Positions 46,727-59,681 of a stretch of DNA of 64,000 nucleotides are shown here, piece by piece. Below the pieces are notes generated by a model. The model was not told the origin of the DNA. It did not search any database and saw nothing but the letters and a program-made list of their open reading frames with translations. The stretch is from contig OX638161.1 of the NCBI GenBank assembly GCA_951804945.1, positions 47,244,001 through 47,308,000 on the forward strand, read 5' to 3'. The position numbers were made by a program, and so were the translations under genes. Source of the stretch: Podarcis cretensis. Its lineage: Eukaryota. The number at the start of each line of letters is the position of its first letter. Within the stretch, counting starts at the first letter, position 1.

Positions 46727-49700
46727 ATGGTGAGGTTCCTGATGCTGCTGCTGCTGCCTTACACAATGTGCGAAGTCAAGAGAATGAAGTGCCCTGCAGC
46801 TGATCCTATATTCGTGCCCCATGAATGGGGTCAAGCAGGGGACCTCTTCATTGGTGGAATTGTTACTCAGAGCACCTATGCTTTTAATGAAGTTTCATTC
46901 ACCGTACATCCTTCTCAGGAGCTGCGTGACATTCCATAGTAAGCAAGAATATTCCCTCTACCTCTATTTATTCTACGCTTCACTGAATCAGCAAAGAACA
47001 ATAAAAAACAGCTTTGCATGTGAGATTATATGTTCAAAGATATTATATTTAGAAATATTTATTTATTGATTGAATTTATATGCTGCCCTATATCCGGAGG
47101 TGCTTCACATATTAAAATCATGATATAAATCAACAATATATAGAATCAAAATAAAAACAACAACCCAAAAACTGCCCCCCAAAAGAACCATATTTTAAAG
47201 GGGTATAGGATGTCAATCAAATCAAGCAAAGGGCTTGTTAAAAATGAACGTTGTTGCCTGGTGCCTAAAGGCGTATAATGGAGGCATCAGGTGAACTTCC
47301 CTAGGGAGAGAATTCCACAGACACAGAGCTACTGCAGAGAAGGCCCGTTCTTGTGTTGCCACCCTCTGGATCTCTTGAGGAAAAGGCATATGAAGAAGGG
47401 CCTCAGAAGATGATCCTAGGGTCCGGGTAGGTTCCTATGGAAAGAGTTGGTCCTTGAGGTATTGCAGTCTTTTATAGGCTATATAGGTCAAAATCAGCAT
47501 TTTAAATTGGGTCCCCAAACTCATTGGTAGCCAGTGCAGCCAAACCCAGATCAGTGTAATAAGCTCAAACAATCTTGCTCTGGTGAGCAACCTGACCACT
47601 GAATTGTGAACCAGCTGAAGTTTGTGAATCATCTTCAGAGGAAGCCGTACATATAACACATTGCGGTAATCTAACTTTGAGGTTACCAGAGCATAGACAG
47701 CAGTTGTTAGGCTATCCCTGACCAGATACTGTAGGAGTGTAGCTGGGCCACCAGACAAAGCTGATGGTAGGCACTCAGGGCCACTGAGGCCGCCTGAGCC
47801 TTGAGTGACAGCAAAGGATCCAGGAGTCCCCCGAAGCTACGAACCTGCTCCTTCAGAGGAAGTGTAACCTCATCAAGAGCAAGTGCTCTCCAACCCATCT
47901 GGTCTAGGGAACGACCCACTAACAGTGCCTCTGTCTTATCTGGATAGAGCTTCAGTTTGTTGACTCTTATTCAGTCCATTACTGAGGCAAGACACTGGTC
48001 CAGAACATCCAGTGCCTCTCCTGCAGATGTAAAGTAGGAATACAGCTGAGTGTCTTCAGCATACTGCTGACAGTCTATTTCAAATCCCACCCAATGATTT
48101 CATGTAGACCTTGAAGGCATGTAGAGGATAGGATTGTGCCCTGAAAAACCCCACAATGAAGGTTCCATGGGGCTGAAAAGCATTCCCCAACTAACACCGT
48201 CTGGGAACGACCATCCAAGTAGGAATGAAACCACCACAAAGTGGTGCCCCCACCCCCTGTTCAGACAGTTGCTCCAGAAAGATACCAGGGTATCTTCCAT
48301 CTTATGAATTATACTACATATGATTTAATTTTGTTCTTATGTCACAAGGATTATTTTGAATGACACTAACAGGTCTATATTGGAAAGCTGCCATTTGTTC
48401 TTCTATTAACAATGACATCTAGCTGATATGTGACTGTTTCAATTAGTCCGTTATTAACTGGAGAGCCAGTGCAATGTATCTGTTAGCATGGAAAGCTGGG
48501 ACTGGACAAATCTGGAATATTCCATCAGCTCCAAATCAGATAACCAGGGGCAGAGAGGATGAATACTTGGATGCCCAGATTTGGGTGTCTTATAAATTTA
48601 TTGTTTTGTTTTTAATGTTAGTTTACATTCTAGCACAGGGTGAACTTGGGTCTGATCACCAAGTTGATTAAAACAAAACACAAAACACAATTGCAGGTTT
48701 GTCCTAGGAGATGAAAAGGTTAATTGTAGCATACACATCTAAACAGAGTGAACAATACTCTATTCCATTAGCTTGTGTGGACCCCCACCATGTTGAGAAT
48801 ATGAGTATTCAACAATAGTATAGTTTCAGGTTTATAGGAAAACATATAGATATATAAATGCAGAGAGGCATGGTGCAGGAGTGTCATCAGAGGGAAAGCA
48901 AATGTCAAAAACTGCAGACAATGAAAATGACATAATTAATGTAAGGGTGCCAAATTACTCATTAGACTGGGAAATAAGTTTATTCTGCTAGGATGCTTAG
49001 AGTTGAAAGTGCAGAGGAGAAAAAGCCAGAAACCAAGAAAAGAGCAGATGTGTCAAAGATACACTGTAGATTGCAAATAACACTGCTCTCCTGTAGTATA
49101 AAAAAGATCTGGGCTGAATATGTTTTATGAAAAGGAATAGGGCATACCAGTCTAATGCATCAAAATATCTTCCCTATTGACAGTGTAATCACAAAGTTCT
49201 ATCAGAGCATCTTGGCCTTGGTTTTCACCATACAAGAGATCAATGACAATCCGAAGATCTTGCCTAATGCCACACTTGGTTTCCACATCTATGACAGCTA
49301 CATCAATGAGAGAATGACCTATCGAACCACTTTGGACCTTCTCTTCAAATGGCAAAGATTTGTCCCAAACTACAAATGTGACACTCAGAAAAACCTCATG
49401 GCTGTGATTGAGGGACTTACTTCTGACACTTCTATCCACATGGCAGATATCTTAAGTCTCTACAGGATTCCACAGGTAGAATCAGTGCATAGGGGAATGT
49501 GGGGAAGATTCTTTTGCAATGCTTTTATTCAGAAGGAAAAGAGAAATATTAGTGTGAGATAGAAATAACCTGGAAGTTTCATTATTTCCCAATAACTAGA
49601 AATCCAACCAGAACTTTTTTAAATAAAAAAGTAATTCAAAGTTTGCCTACAAATTTCTTAAGGAAATGTTCTACTACGTTATCATTTTCTTTTAGCTCAC

Positions 49701-52700
49701 CTATGGTTCATTTGCTTCAGAGGAGAGTCAATCAATGCAGAAGTCTTTTTATACCATGGTCCCAAATGAAGACCTTCAATATGTAGGGGTTATCCAGTTA
49801 CTTCAGTACTTCAGATGGAAGTGGGTCGGGCTCTTTATTACCAAATATGACAGCGGAGAACATTTTTTGAAGATCCTGGAGCCATTGTTCTCCCAGAATG
49901 GAATCTGTTCAGCCTTTACAAAAAGAATCCCACTTCAAGTTGTTATAGAAGATCTGGAAAAAATATCTGGTGAAATTGAAGGTATTTATGAATGCCTCAC
50001 AGATGAAAACACCAGTACGGTTATAGTCTATGGAGATGATGGGACAATTGCATATGTGAAAACAGCTATACTTATAATAGATAACAGGAATAAGCAAAAC
50101 ACATCATTTGGGAAGGTCTGGATCATGACAGCTCAGATAGATTTTGTATCATTTGGATTGCTGAGAAACATGGATTTTCAAGGTTTGCAAGGTGCCCTTT
50201 CCTTTACAATTCACTCAGAAGAACTTCTAGAGTTCAACCAATTCCTTAACAATATCCAAACACACAGGACCAAAGCAGATGGTTTTTGGAAGGACTTCTG
50301 GGAGCAGGCATTTGACTGTCTCTATCCTGATCCAGGTATGCCTGTCAAGGATGATGGAACGTGTACTGGAGAGGAGAGGCTGGAAAGTCTCCCTGCAGGT
50401 GTTTTTGAAATGCACATGTCTGGGCAGAGCTACAGTATCTATAATGCTGTCTATGCTGTAGCTCACACTTTGCATGCCATTTCCTCATCCAGATCCCCAC
50501 AGAAAGCAGTGACCGTTGGTTACAGTGTTGGATTTCCATCTCTGCAGCCTTGGCAGGTAATGTTACAGAGACAAATAGTCTCATGTCAATGAACTGATTT
50601 ACAGAAGGAGGACAGGAAGTTGCCTTTTACAAAGTTAGGCCTCTTATTCATCTGTTTCAGCATTGTGTACACAGTCTGTGTTGGGATCTCCAGATTTTGA
50701 GACAAGGTGAGATTCCCAGTGTCACTGGAAGTTTCTGAGGATTGAATCTGGGCCCTTTCAATGTAAGGAAATGCTCAACCAGGGAGCTGCTACCCTTTAT
50801 GGCCCCTCTTCTCATATGTTAAAAAAAGAGCCGGCAAAGTATTCTGCATTTTAGTCATGGCAGACCCTCCAAGTGTCCCTATTTTCCAGGGATGTCCCTG
50901 ATTTAGAGAAGCTGTTCCTGTTTCTGATTTGATCCTAGAATGTCTCGCTTTTCCTTAGCATATCCCTATTTTCATTGGTGAAATGTTGGAGGGTATGGAA
51001 TTATTCAATCCCCAAGCCATCTGAAGTTAATCCTGTGTAGAGAAGCTTTTAAAATGTTTAATAATTCATTATGTTTCTATATATGTTGGAAACAGTCAGG
51101 AGTGCTAAATAGTAAAGTTATCATCATGGAATGGGATGTCCCTATATTCATAGGAGAAATGTTTGAGGGTATGTCATGGTTACAGTTTTGCTGGTTTATA
51201 TTTCATCTTGTAACAGTTCATTTTGTAACTTGTCCTTGGAATCTGTTTAAATTGGGAACCTCAAATAAACTGAGTCTTCTCTTTTAAAAACAACAACAGA
51301 TCAACTCATTTCTTCAAGGTGTTTCATTTAACAACTCAGCTGGAGAAACGGTATCATTTAATGATAAAAGGGAAATGAGAGGAGGATTTGACATCATGAA
51401 TCTGGTCACATTCCCAAACACGTCTTTCCAGAGAGTAAAAGTTGGATCGGTGGGTCTCAGTGATAGAGGAGATAAAGAGTTAATCATCAATGAGGACAAA
51501 ATTCTATGGCAACAAAGTTTTAACCAGGTAGAGAATGTGGGAACCTCTTTGCAAAAAACAGGGAATACTTTCTGCCATTTCTTGTTCTGTCTAATATTGC
51601 TTTGCATAAAGGATACAAATATTCTAGCCTACAAAAATATGTTAGAGTTCTTGGAGATCAGGAAGAAGGGCTTCCATTTATTTTTTTGCTGAATATTGAA
51701 GAATGATTTTGCCCCTTCAATGGCATTTTTTGTTTCTATGATTGATGCAGATGAGATTTCAAGTGCTTCATCTCTTCTCAGATACATTGATGGACTTCCT
51801 GGCTGGCTATGGTGATCTGTCTAGTATTTAAATGTATCTAACAGGACGTGCCAATGGCTTATGGATAAAACAGATTTTCCGAATCAATTTCAATTGCATT
51901 TTAGACTCTGTTTTGACATGGAAACTTGGTTGGTCATTCTGTGTGATTAGGGTTTTGGGAAAGAGATTGAGGAGCATGTCCATGTTAATTCTCTGTGATC
52001 TCATCAGCTAAGGAGCTAACCTCCTTAGATGGTTGTTTTCAGGGGGTGGTTTTGAGGAGTGTGGTTCTGTCCCATGGAGCTTCTTGTTTGGTGTTCTGCA
52101 GGCTATTGTTTTCTTTATCATGTTGTTGAGGATGTTTCACCCCTCCCATTTCAAGTATCTGCTGACAATGTTTCAGAAAGGAGGGGGCGGATTTAGCTCA
52201 TTGCTTCTTCTGCTCCAGCCTGACTTCAAAGGGAGTCTGAGTGTTATCTGTGTATAGATAAGGTCGCTGCTCAAGCAGCTGTAACACTCATGCAGTCCAG
52301 CGTCTCCGATTAGTCTTTAGTTAGTTTATGCAGTAGCTGTAGAGAATAAAAAAAGTGATAATTCAGAGCTGTTGTTCGTGTGGTTCATGCTCTGTTGTGC
52401 TCCGCTGACATTTGAAACTGAGATTGGTGCTCACAGCTCTAAGTTGTGAGTCCACAGCACTTTGACCTGCTCCCTGCAGAGGAAGGTCTCTGGGAGTGCT
52501 TTCCCAGCTTGCCTGGCCCAGTCGGGGCTGAAGAGCTTGAGCCCAGTCGTTGGCACTCAAAGGCTCAAAGGCGAAGCTGACAGTTGTTTTACATCTATAT
52601 GAACCTGCTCATTCATGTGGCGATTTGGAGTGCATTGCCAGCAACATGCTGGGGACAAAAAGCTCTACTTCAGCAGGTGCAGCAGATGAGGTGCTGGATC

Positions 52701-55700
52701 AATGTCTTATCTCTGGAATGGAGTGGATGAGAGCTAATAACAGAAGCTGAATCCCAACAGGACTAAAGCTCTATTAGTGCCATCCTAGACAAGAGAGATG
52801 GGAGGTTGCCTGGTCTGCTTGAGGCTTAAGTGGCCTTCTGTTGTGTACGATCTGGTAACCTCAAAGCTGCGTTATTTTACTGTATTAAGGATGGGAGGCT
52901 TTGATGATTCAGTGGTTAGGATGCTTACTGCGGCAAAATTGTGTCAGCACATAGCACCAATCCTGACCTGACTACACCAGATATGAATTACTTTCTGCGT
53001 TCAGTTCAAAGTGCATGATTTGGCAGAGGGGCCCAATGTCTCCCCCATATGAATTGTCTCAGACCCTGCAGTCATCTCTGACGCCCTTTTCTATGCGGCC
53101 ATTCCACAGAAGGTCCAAAGAGTGGGGCCATGATGCAAACCTGACATTCCAAATCCCTCTATTCCAACTTTGAAATCAATATCACATTGAAAGTACACTG
53201 ATAGGAAAGTTACCTTCACAAACAGGGCTGAAATTTAGCAAATATTGCTAAAATATTATGTGTTTTCTTTGAAAATTAAAAACCTCAAAACAAATGAACA
53301 GAAAAGGTCCTTTAAGCCATAAAACAATAGGTGCATAAATAATGCTATATGTGTATAGGTGCATAAATAATGCTATATGTGTATAGGTGCATAAATAATG
53401 CTAATACACGTTGCTGAAGCATAATGTGACTCTGCGGGTGACAAATATGAAAGCTCTTTCACCCTGAACTCCCCTCACATTTTTGTACAGGTGCTTCCCT
53501 TTTCTTTGTGCAATGAACCCTGCCACTCTGGTTATCAGAAGAAAAGGAAGGAAGGGGAAAAGTTTTGTTGCTATGATTGTGCTCCATGCCCAGAAGGGAA
53601 GATTTCAAACCAGACAGGTAAGTAAAACTTTTGCATCCTGATGACCAAACAAAGAGACTGACACACAGGCTGGTCTTGAGCTGAGTCAATTAATTCAGGG
53701 AATACAACAAGATCAGCACAGGGTAAAAGCTAAAGGTAAAGGACCCCTGACAGTTAAGTCCAGTTGCAAATGACTCTGGGGTTGTGGCACTCATCTTGCT
53801 TTATAATGCTGTTTACCTTTCCGCCAGAGTGGTATTAGCATTCAAAGGGGAAAATAACTTAAACTACAAGAGTAGCCACTGAGTGACACACCCCTGCCTG
53901 TTAAAAATTGAGGCCACACCTTAGAGGAGAGAGGGTCAGTGGCTGATGTGGCCCAATTCTGAATGAGTGTATACCAAAAAGAACCTGCTCCAAGTTGAAA
54001 TACTGGAGCAAGATCTTGGTGGCAAGCTGAAATTGAAAATTCAAAAGGGAGAAGAATGATCATGAATAAATAAGTATCCCTGATTGAGAGCCTCTAAAGC
54101 ATAGGAATCTGCGAAGAGTTTGTACAGAGCAGAACTCCACCATGAGATACTGAGAAAAACAGATGGTTGAACCCTTGCCTCTCTGGTCAATTGTGGAGCA
54201 ACATAGCTGAGGGCAATGTCCTGCAACAAATGTGAATCCTGAAACTAAAAAAGCCTGATGAGAAGCATCATTTTCAGAGGAAGCTACCATTTCACTGATC
54301 CTGGTGCAGATGTAAAAACAACAACAACAACAGCAACAACACGGTAAGTGCTGTAGCATGAAGCTATGCGGCTTCATAGGATCTTATGCACAAAGCTTCC
54401 CACTGATGACAGAGACCCTTGAGTAGGTCAGGAGAAATTGACAGCCTGCATTTGGGGGCAATAGGAGCCTCCCTGGCCAAGCCCTCTAGCATCCTGTGAA
54501 TCCTGGAATCCGAAGGTGAATCAAGAAAACCCTTGGATCTGGCCAAAAAGGAAATGCCCGACTCTTTTACACATATGGTGTTCACTAAGAGTCTCCTATT
54601 CTTGCAGCAAACACAAATCTCCAGCAGGTAATCCACTGGAATGGGCCAAGAGTGTAGGTAACCCCATGAAACCTCTGGCTGAGTCCTGGCACTGGACAAC
54701 TGGCAGCAGAAGCAGTCCTTCTGGTTCCGAGATAAAGCATCAACAGCACTGTTGTCAATGCCTGAAGTGTGTCATGCCGTTAAAGGAATATCAGAGGCAC
54801 TGACCCACAAGACACATGGCTTGTGAAAATTATTAACGACCTGCCTGTGTTTATCACACCAAAATGAGACCTACATTGGTGTTGGTGCTGACCTGTAAAG
54901 CCCTAAATGGCCCCGGCCCTGTATGCCTGAAGGACATCTCCACCCTCATTGTTCAGCCCCAACACTGTGGTCCAGCTCCTAGGGCCTTCTGGCGGTTCCC
55001 TCACTGTGAGAAATCAGATTGCAGAGAACCAGGCAGAGGATATTCTCAGTAGTGGCACTGACTCTGTGGAACACCTGTCAAGCAGATGAGTAACTATATA
55101 ACCTTTAGAAGACATCTGAAGACAGCACTGTACAGGGAAGCTTTTTAAGGATTAATATTTTATTATGTTTTTATATATGTTGGGAACTGCCCAAAGTGGC
55201 TAGGCATGGTATAAAATTATAGTAGTAGTAGTAGTCGTAGTAGTCTAGACTGTGACCAGGAAGTGGGTATGGGATACTGCACCAGCTGTCACCAAAACAG
55301 ACACCAAAATCCTAATATCATGATGCATCTGAGCAAATCTGAAGCCCATCCTCAAGGAGGCGGTTGACCCTCCAAAAAGACAGACCATTAAACTTCAGAA
55401 GGAATGATGACCAGACTGCCAACTCCACACACAACTCATGGGTTACATGGGAAAGGCAAATTTGGCAAATCTGCCTAAGATATGCATACCTAGTGATTCA
55501 ACAAGAAAAATTCAAAAGGCCAGCAAGTTCTTATAGCGACATGCCTTCAAGGGGCTACTCACCAAAACAAAAAGGCAAGCACAACTCATGGGTGCCCACT
55601 TAACTTTCCCAGAGGTGTCTCCATCAATTACCAGCGGCGCCTCAGTTGTGGTTGTCACCAAAGCAAACCTCTGTCAGAATGGTCCTCAGTCACCATTACT

Positions 55701-57113
55701 GAAACAAACACTGGGCCTTCTGTTGCTGCTGCTGCCAGATAGAAAGGGGCCCATGGCTCTGTGTACTGGGCTGGTCTCCTGCACAGGCACTGGGAATAGT
55801 CCTCGCCCCAGCCACGTTGTGGTCAAGTGTGCTCCTGCAAAAATGCAACCAATCCCTGGCTACTTTCAGTGTAAGGGGAAACCCTTCTACACCCAGGTAG
55901 GCTGCAGATGGAGGACCCCTCCAAAGAGCTTCTGTTGGAGAAGAGGGCAGCTGGGTGCTGGGTGCCCCTTATATAGGGCCCTAAATGCAGCCCTGCCCAT
56001 CTCATGCCACTTTAAAATGCACCAGTATGTGCACTGCTGGTTCATGTGCTATCCTTCATGGCTAATGTGCCACAAATCTGCCTCAGCAGCCAGTACTGCT
56101 GGGAAATGATGGTGGAACAGCCATAATGTACAATTCACCAGAAGTCTTTGTGTGCTAGGTCAGATGAGTTGGTGCTGGATTTCTAGTAATGATTTTCTTT
56201 ACATTTCTCAGATATGGATGCATGTTTCAATTGCCCAGAAGGTCAGTATCCAAACAAGAAGAGAAATGGATGCATCCCCAAAGTTATGCATTTTCTGTCC
56301 TATGAAGAACCTTTAGGGGTCACTTTAGCCTCTCTTAGTGTCTTATGTTCCCTGATTACTGTTTTGGTGCTGGCTATTTTTATCCAGCACAAAGATACCC
56401 CCATAGTCATAGCCAACAACCGAGAGCTCACCTACACTCTCCTGGTCTCCCTCCTGCTCTGCTTCCTCTCCTCTTTGCTTTTCCTCGGCCAACCTGGGAA
56501 AGTGACCTGCCTTCTCCAACAACCTGCTTTTGGCCTCATCTTCTCTGTTGCTGTTTCTTGTGTGTTGGCCAAGACCATCATTGTTTTTCTAGCGTTCATA
56601 GCCACAAAGCCAGGATCTAAGATGAAGAAATGGGTGGGAAAGAGACTGGCTCATTCTATTGTCCTTTCAGCTTCCCTCATTCAAGTGGGTATCTGTACTC
56701 TGTGGCTGACAACGTCTCCACCCTTCCCTGATCTAGACATGAAATCAGTAGCTGAAGAAACCATTGTGCAATGTAATGTTGGGTCTGTCACCATGTTCTA
56801 TTGTGTTTTAGGCTACATGGGCCTCTTGGCTCTCACCAGCTTCATTGTGGCCTTCCTGGCCCGCAAGTTACCTGACAGTTTTAATGAAGCCCAGTTCATC
56901 ACCTTCAGTATGTTAGCATTTTGCAGTGTTTGGATCTCTTTTGTTCCCACCTACCTGAGCACAAGAGGGAAACACATGGTGGCTGTGGAGATCTTCTCCA
57001 TCTTGGCCTCCAGTGCTGGGTTACTGGGTTGTATCTTTTCCCCAAAATGCTACATCATGGTGCTGAGGCCTGAACTGAACAGCAGGGATCAATTAATACG
57101 AAGAAAGCATTAA
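46727..57113 (+). CDS. V2R gene D, 6 exons, about 873 aa
   Basis: Exons 46727-46938, 49184-49475, 49696-50556, 51300-51527, 53491-53617, 56212-57113 (2622 nt). The exon 1/2 split codon is TA|T (Tyr), so the TAG seen in the ORF track is not in the spliced mRNA. Confidence 0.92.
47058..48290 (-). mobile_element. L2-clade LINE fragment in intron 1 of gene D
   Basis: A/C-like L2 copy at the same position, shorter at its 5' side. Confidence 0.82.
50861..51173. mobile_element. MITE in intron 3 of gene D (same insertion at 35951-36277 in gene C)
   Basis: CAGACCCTCCAA...TTTGAGGGTATG termini with TCATGG duplicated. The empty site TTAGTCATGGTTAC is in genes B and E. Confidence 0.7.
52127..52582 (+). 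mobile_element. Probable solo LTR in intron 4 of gene D
   Basis: 456-bp insertion absent from the homologous intron of gene C. TG...CA ends, 5-bp TSD GTTGT and an internal AATAAA. Confidence 0.65.
53327..53403. repeat. 28-bp tandem repeat, about 2.7 copies
   Basis: ATAGGTGCATAAATAATGCTATATGTGT repeated. Confidence 0.85.
53722..53835 (-). mobile_element. Sauria SINE 3' fragment, decayed
   Basis: AAAGGTAAAGGACCCCTGAC...GACTCTGGGGTTGTGGCACTCATC matches the 3' ends of the other copies. Confidence 0.65.
54364..54700 (-). mobile_element. Third DIRS/Ngaro tyrosine-recombinase fragment, in intron 5 of gene D
   Basis: [32 protein letters not shown]...[26 protein letters not shown] resembles the N-terminal part of the YR at 17439-17700. 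Confidence 0.6.
54876..55240 (+). mobile_element. L2-like LINE 3' end in intron 5 of gene D
   Basis: [19 protein letters not shown]...[10 protein letters not shown]-like segment followed by a (TAG)n tail. Confidence 0.65.
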
Positions 57114-58010
57114 GCCATCTATCTTCACTCGTCAAAGCATTTTTCATTTAAAAAAAAAAATATTTGAGATGTTTTACACTCAAGAAGATTGGATAAATTT
57201 TATGAAATCAATAAACAAGTGCCCTAACATGTCTTGGAGAAAGTAGCTGGGCAGAGATACATTCATAGAATATTAGTCATAGTTATTCAATTTTAAATTA
57301 TTACAAAGCCTGTCCAGAAAATTTTCCTTGCGTTTTAATTTCCCTATTAGTTCTTATCACCACATGCTTGCTTCAGGTGTCTACGAAGAGGATTTGCTCC
57401 ATGACTGAATCTTTGTATTGAAATGCTGCAGATCAGGCTGAATTTCTCTAAATTGCATGCATATTGTTGATTGCAATTTGAAAGTCGCCCCTTTCCATTC
57501 AGGTATTCATTGAGTGTTAGTACTTGATCTGGTTTCCTATGCGGTTTTATGAGTTGATTTTTTAAAAAAAGAAAATATGATTGTGTTTTATTACATGTGC
57601 TTTGGTTTGAAATGTTCTGTTTCTCCACCCTGGAAGTGTCTTTGCAATAAATAGGAGTTGTGCGTGGTTGAATCTGTGAGATTCACTTCTATTTTTTTTC
57701 AAGTTCAGAGTCTGGGGTTCTGCCTGAGAATGTCACTGAAGGCTTTTGTGGGTGCCACATCAGCTGTGGTATCCTGGTGAGCCACCCACACATTATACCA
57801 TGGAGAAACTCTCGAAACATTGGGTATAAAATTATTAACTGACTGAGGTGTCAACTTGGATAAAATATTGGGGTGGGAAAGGTAAGCCCTGCCCCACATA
57901 ATCACATGGCATGGCACACACAGAGCTTCTGAATGGCAATGCCCATCAACTGAGGGGGCAGCCCAAACAACACAATTTTATTGTAGGTGGGGGGGGGGGC
58001 TGAAGGGACC

Positions 58011-58539
58011 NNNNNNNNNNNNNNNNNNNNNNNNNNNNNNNNNNNNNNNNNNNNNNNNNNNNNNNNNNNNNNNNNNNNNNNNNNNNNNNNNNNNNNNNNN
58101 NNNNNNNNNNNNNNNNNNNNNNNNNNNNNNNNNNNNNNNNNNNNNNNNNNNNNNNNNNNNNNNNNNNNNNNNNNNNNNNNNNNNNNNNNNNNNNNNNNNN
58201 NNNNNNNNNNNNNNNNNNNNNNNNNNNNNNNNNNNNNNNNNNNNNNNNNNNNNNNNNNNNNNNNNNNNNNNNNNNNNNNNNNNNNNNNNNNNNNNNNNNN
58301 NNNNNNNNNNNNNNNNNNNNNNNNNNNNNNNNNNNNNNNNNNNNNNNNNNNNNNNNNNNNNNNNNNNNNNNNNNNNNNNNNNNNNNNNNNNNNNNNNNNN
58401 NNNNNNNNNNNNNNNNNNNNNNNNNNNNNNNNNNNNNNNNNNNNNNNNNNNNNNNNNNNNNNNNNNNNNNNNNNNNNNNNNNNNNNNNNNNNNNNNNNNN
58501 NNNNNNNNNNNNNNNNNNNNNNNNNNNNNNNNNNNNNNN
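58011..58539. other. Assembly gap (N run)
   Basis: Run of N. Confidence 0.99.
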
Positions 58540-59149
58540 CTTTAAGACTATGGAATCATTTGGGGATATGGCATTTGTTTCTGTCCTCTGGCAAGATGAT
58601 GGCTGAACTTTAGGGTACCACTTTCTGTCTGGTGATTTCTCACCATTGAACTCTGCACTCAAATTCCCCTGAATCAGACCTTCAAGGAGCAGATTCAACC
58701 TGCTTTTCCTATCTGAATTGTTAAAAATACATTTCTGATCAAAAGTGCCAAAAGTCCAAGATCCAATGAAGTAATTTTCTCCCTCTGCAATTATCCAGAT
58801 CACAATAATTTGTTCAGCTAGACAGAACTCTCAGGAGTTTCCTAAGAACACCAGGAAACAGTCAACAACCCAGCATAGTAAGAGCATTAAATATGCTCCT
58901 GTGCCAGTGAGATTCAGGTGTGTTGCATAGTGTGTGTGCAAGGTTTTACTGATTTTGTTACTGTCAACACTTCTTTTTCATTTTCATTGAGTTTTAGTAA
59001 TAATTTAAGTTCATATTCAAAGTATTTCTATGTCTGCTGATGTTATAAAGAAAGCTAAAAGTGCAACCACCGACACAGCCAAAGTCAGAAGGGGGAGTTA
59101 TTTGGACACAGAGGAACCAGCAACTTCTGAGAGAGGCTTTGAAGCTACC

Positions 59150-59625
59150 ATGGTGAGGCTCTTGCTGCTGCTGCTGCTGCCTCACACAATGTGCAAAGGC
59201 AGGACAATGAAGTGCCTTGCCGTTGATCCAATCCCTGTGCCTCACGAATGGTACCAGGCAGGTGACCTCCTCATTGGTGGGATTGCTTCTCACATCACTT
59301 ACTATTTTAAGGAATTATTATTCAAGGAACATCCTTCTCAGGACCTGTTTGACACCCCACAGTAAGCAATAATATGCCCCACAACCAAAGGGATATAAAC
59401 CAATCCTATATTATCAGAAAAGAGAAAATGTGTTGATATGAACAATGGGCACATTAACAGTACAGGGCCTCAGCCTACAGGATGGTACCAAAGTCAGTGA
59501 GTTTAAGCAAATGAAACTCTTCTGGACATTCATTCCTCCAATCTCTGTAACTGCATCCTTTCATTCTTACCAAATCCGCCAAAGAAGTCATAAACATTAC
59601 ACTTCAGCTTTGTTAATCTAAGCGA

Positions 59626-59681
<56 letters not shown>

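Noticed and set aside
46937-46939. TAG at the end of gene D exon 1, suggesting a pseudogene
   Set aside because: The G is the first intron base (TA|GTAAG). Exon 2 starts with T, giving TAT (Tyr).
55588-56109. 173-aa ORF just upstream of gene D exon 6
   Set aside because: No recognisable domain. Its 3' part is ordinary intron-5 sequence shared with the paralogues, where an equivalent long frame is absent.
57946-58803. Long ORFs of 208-285 aa
   Set aside because: Artefacts of translating through an N gap; the same applies to 44916-45266.
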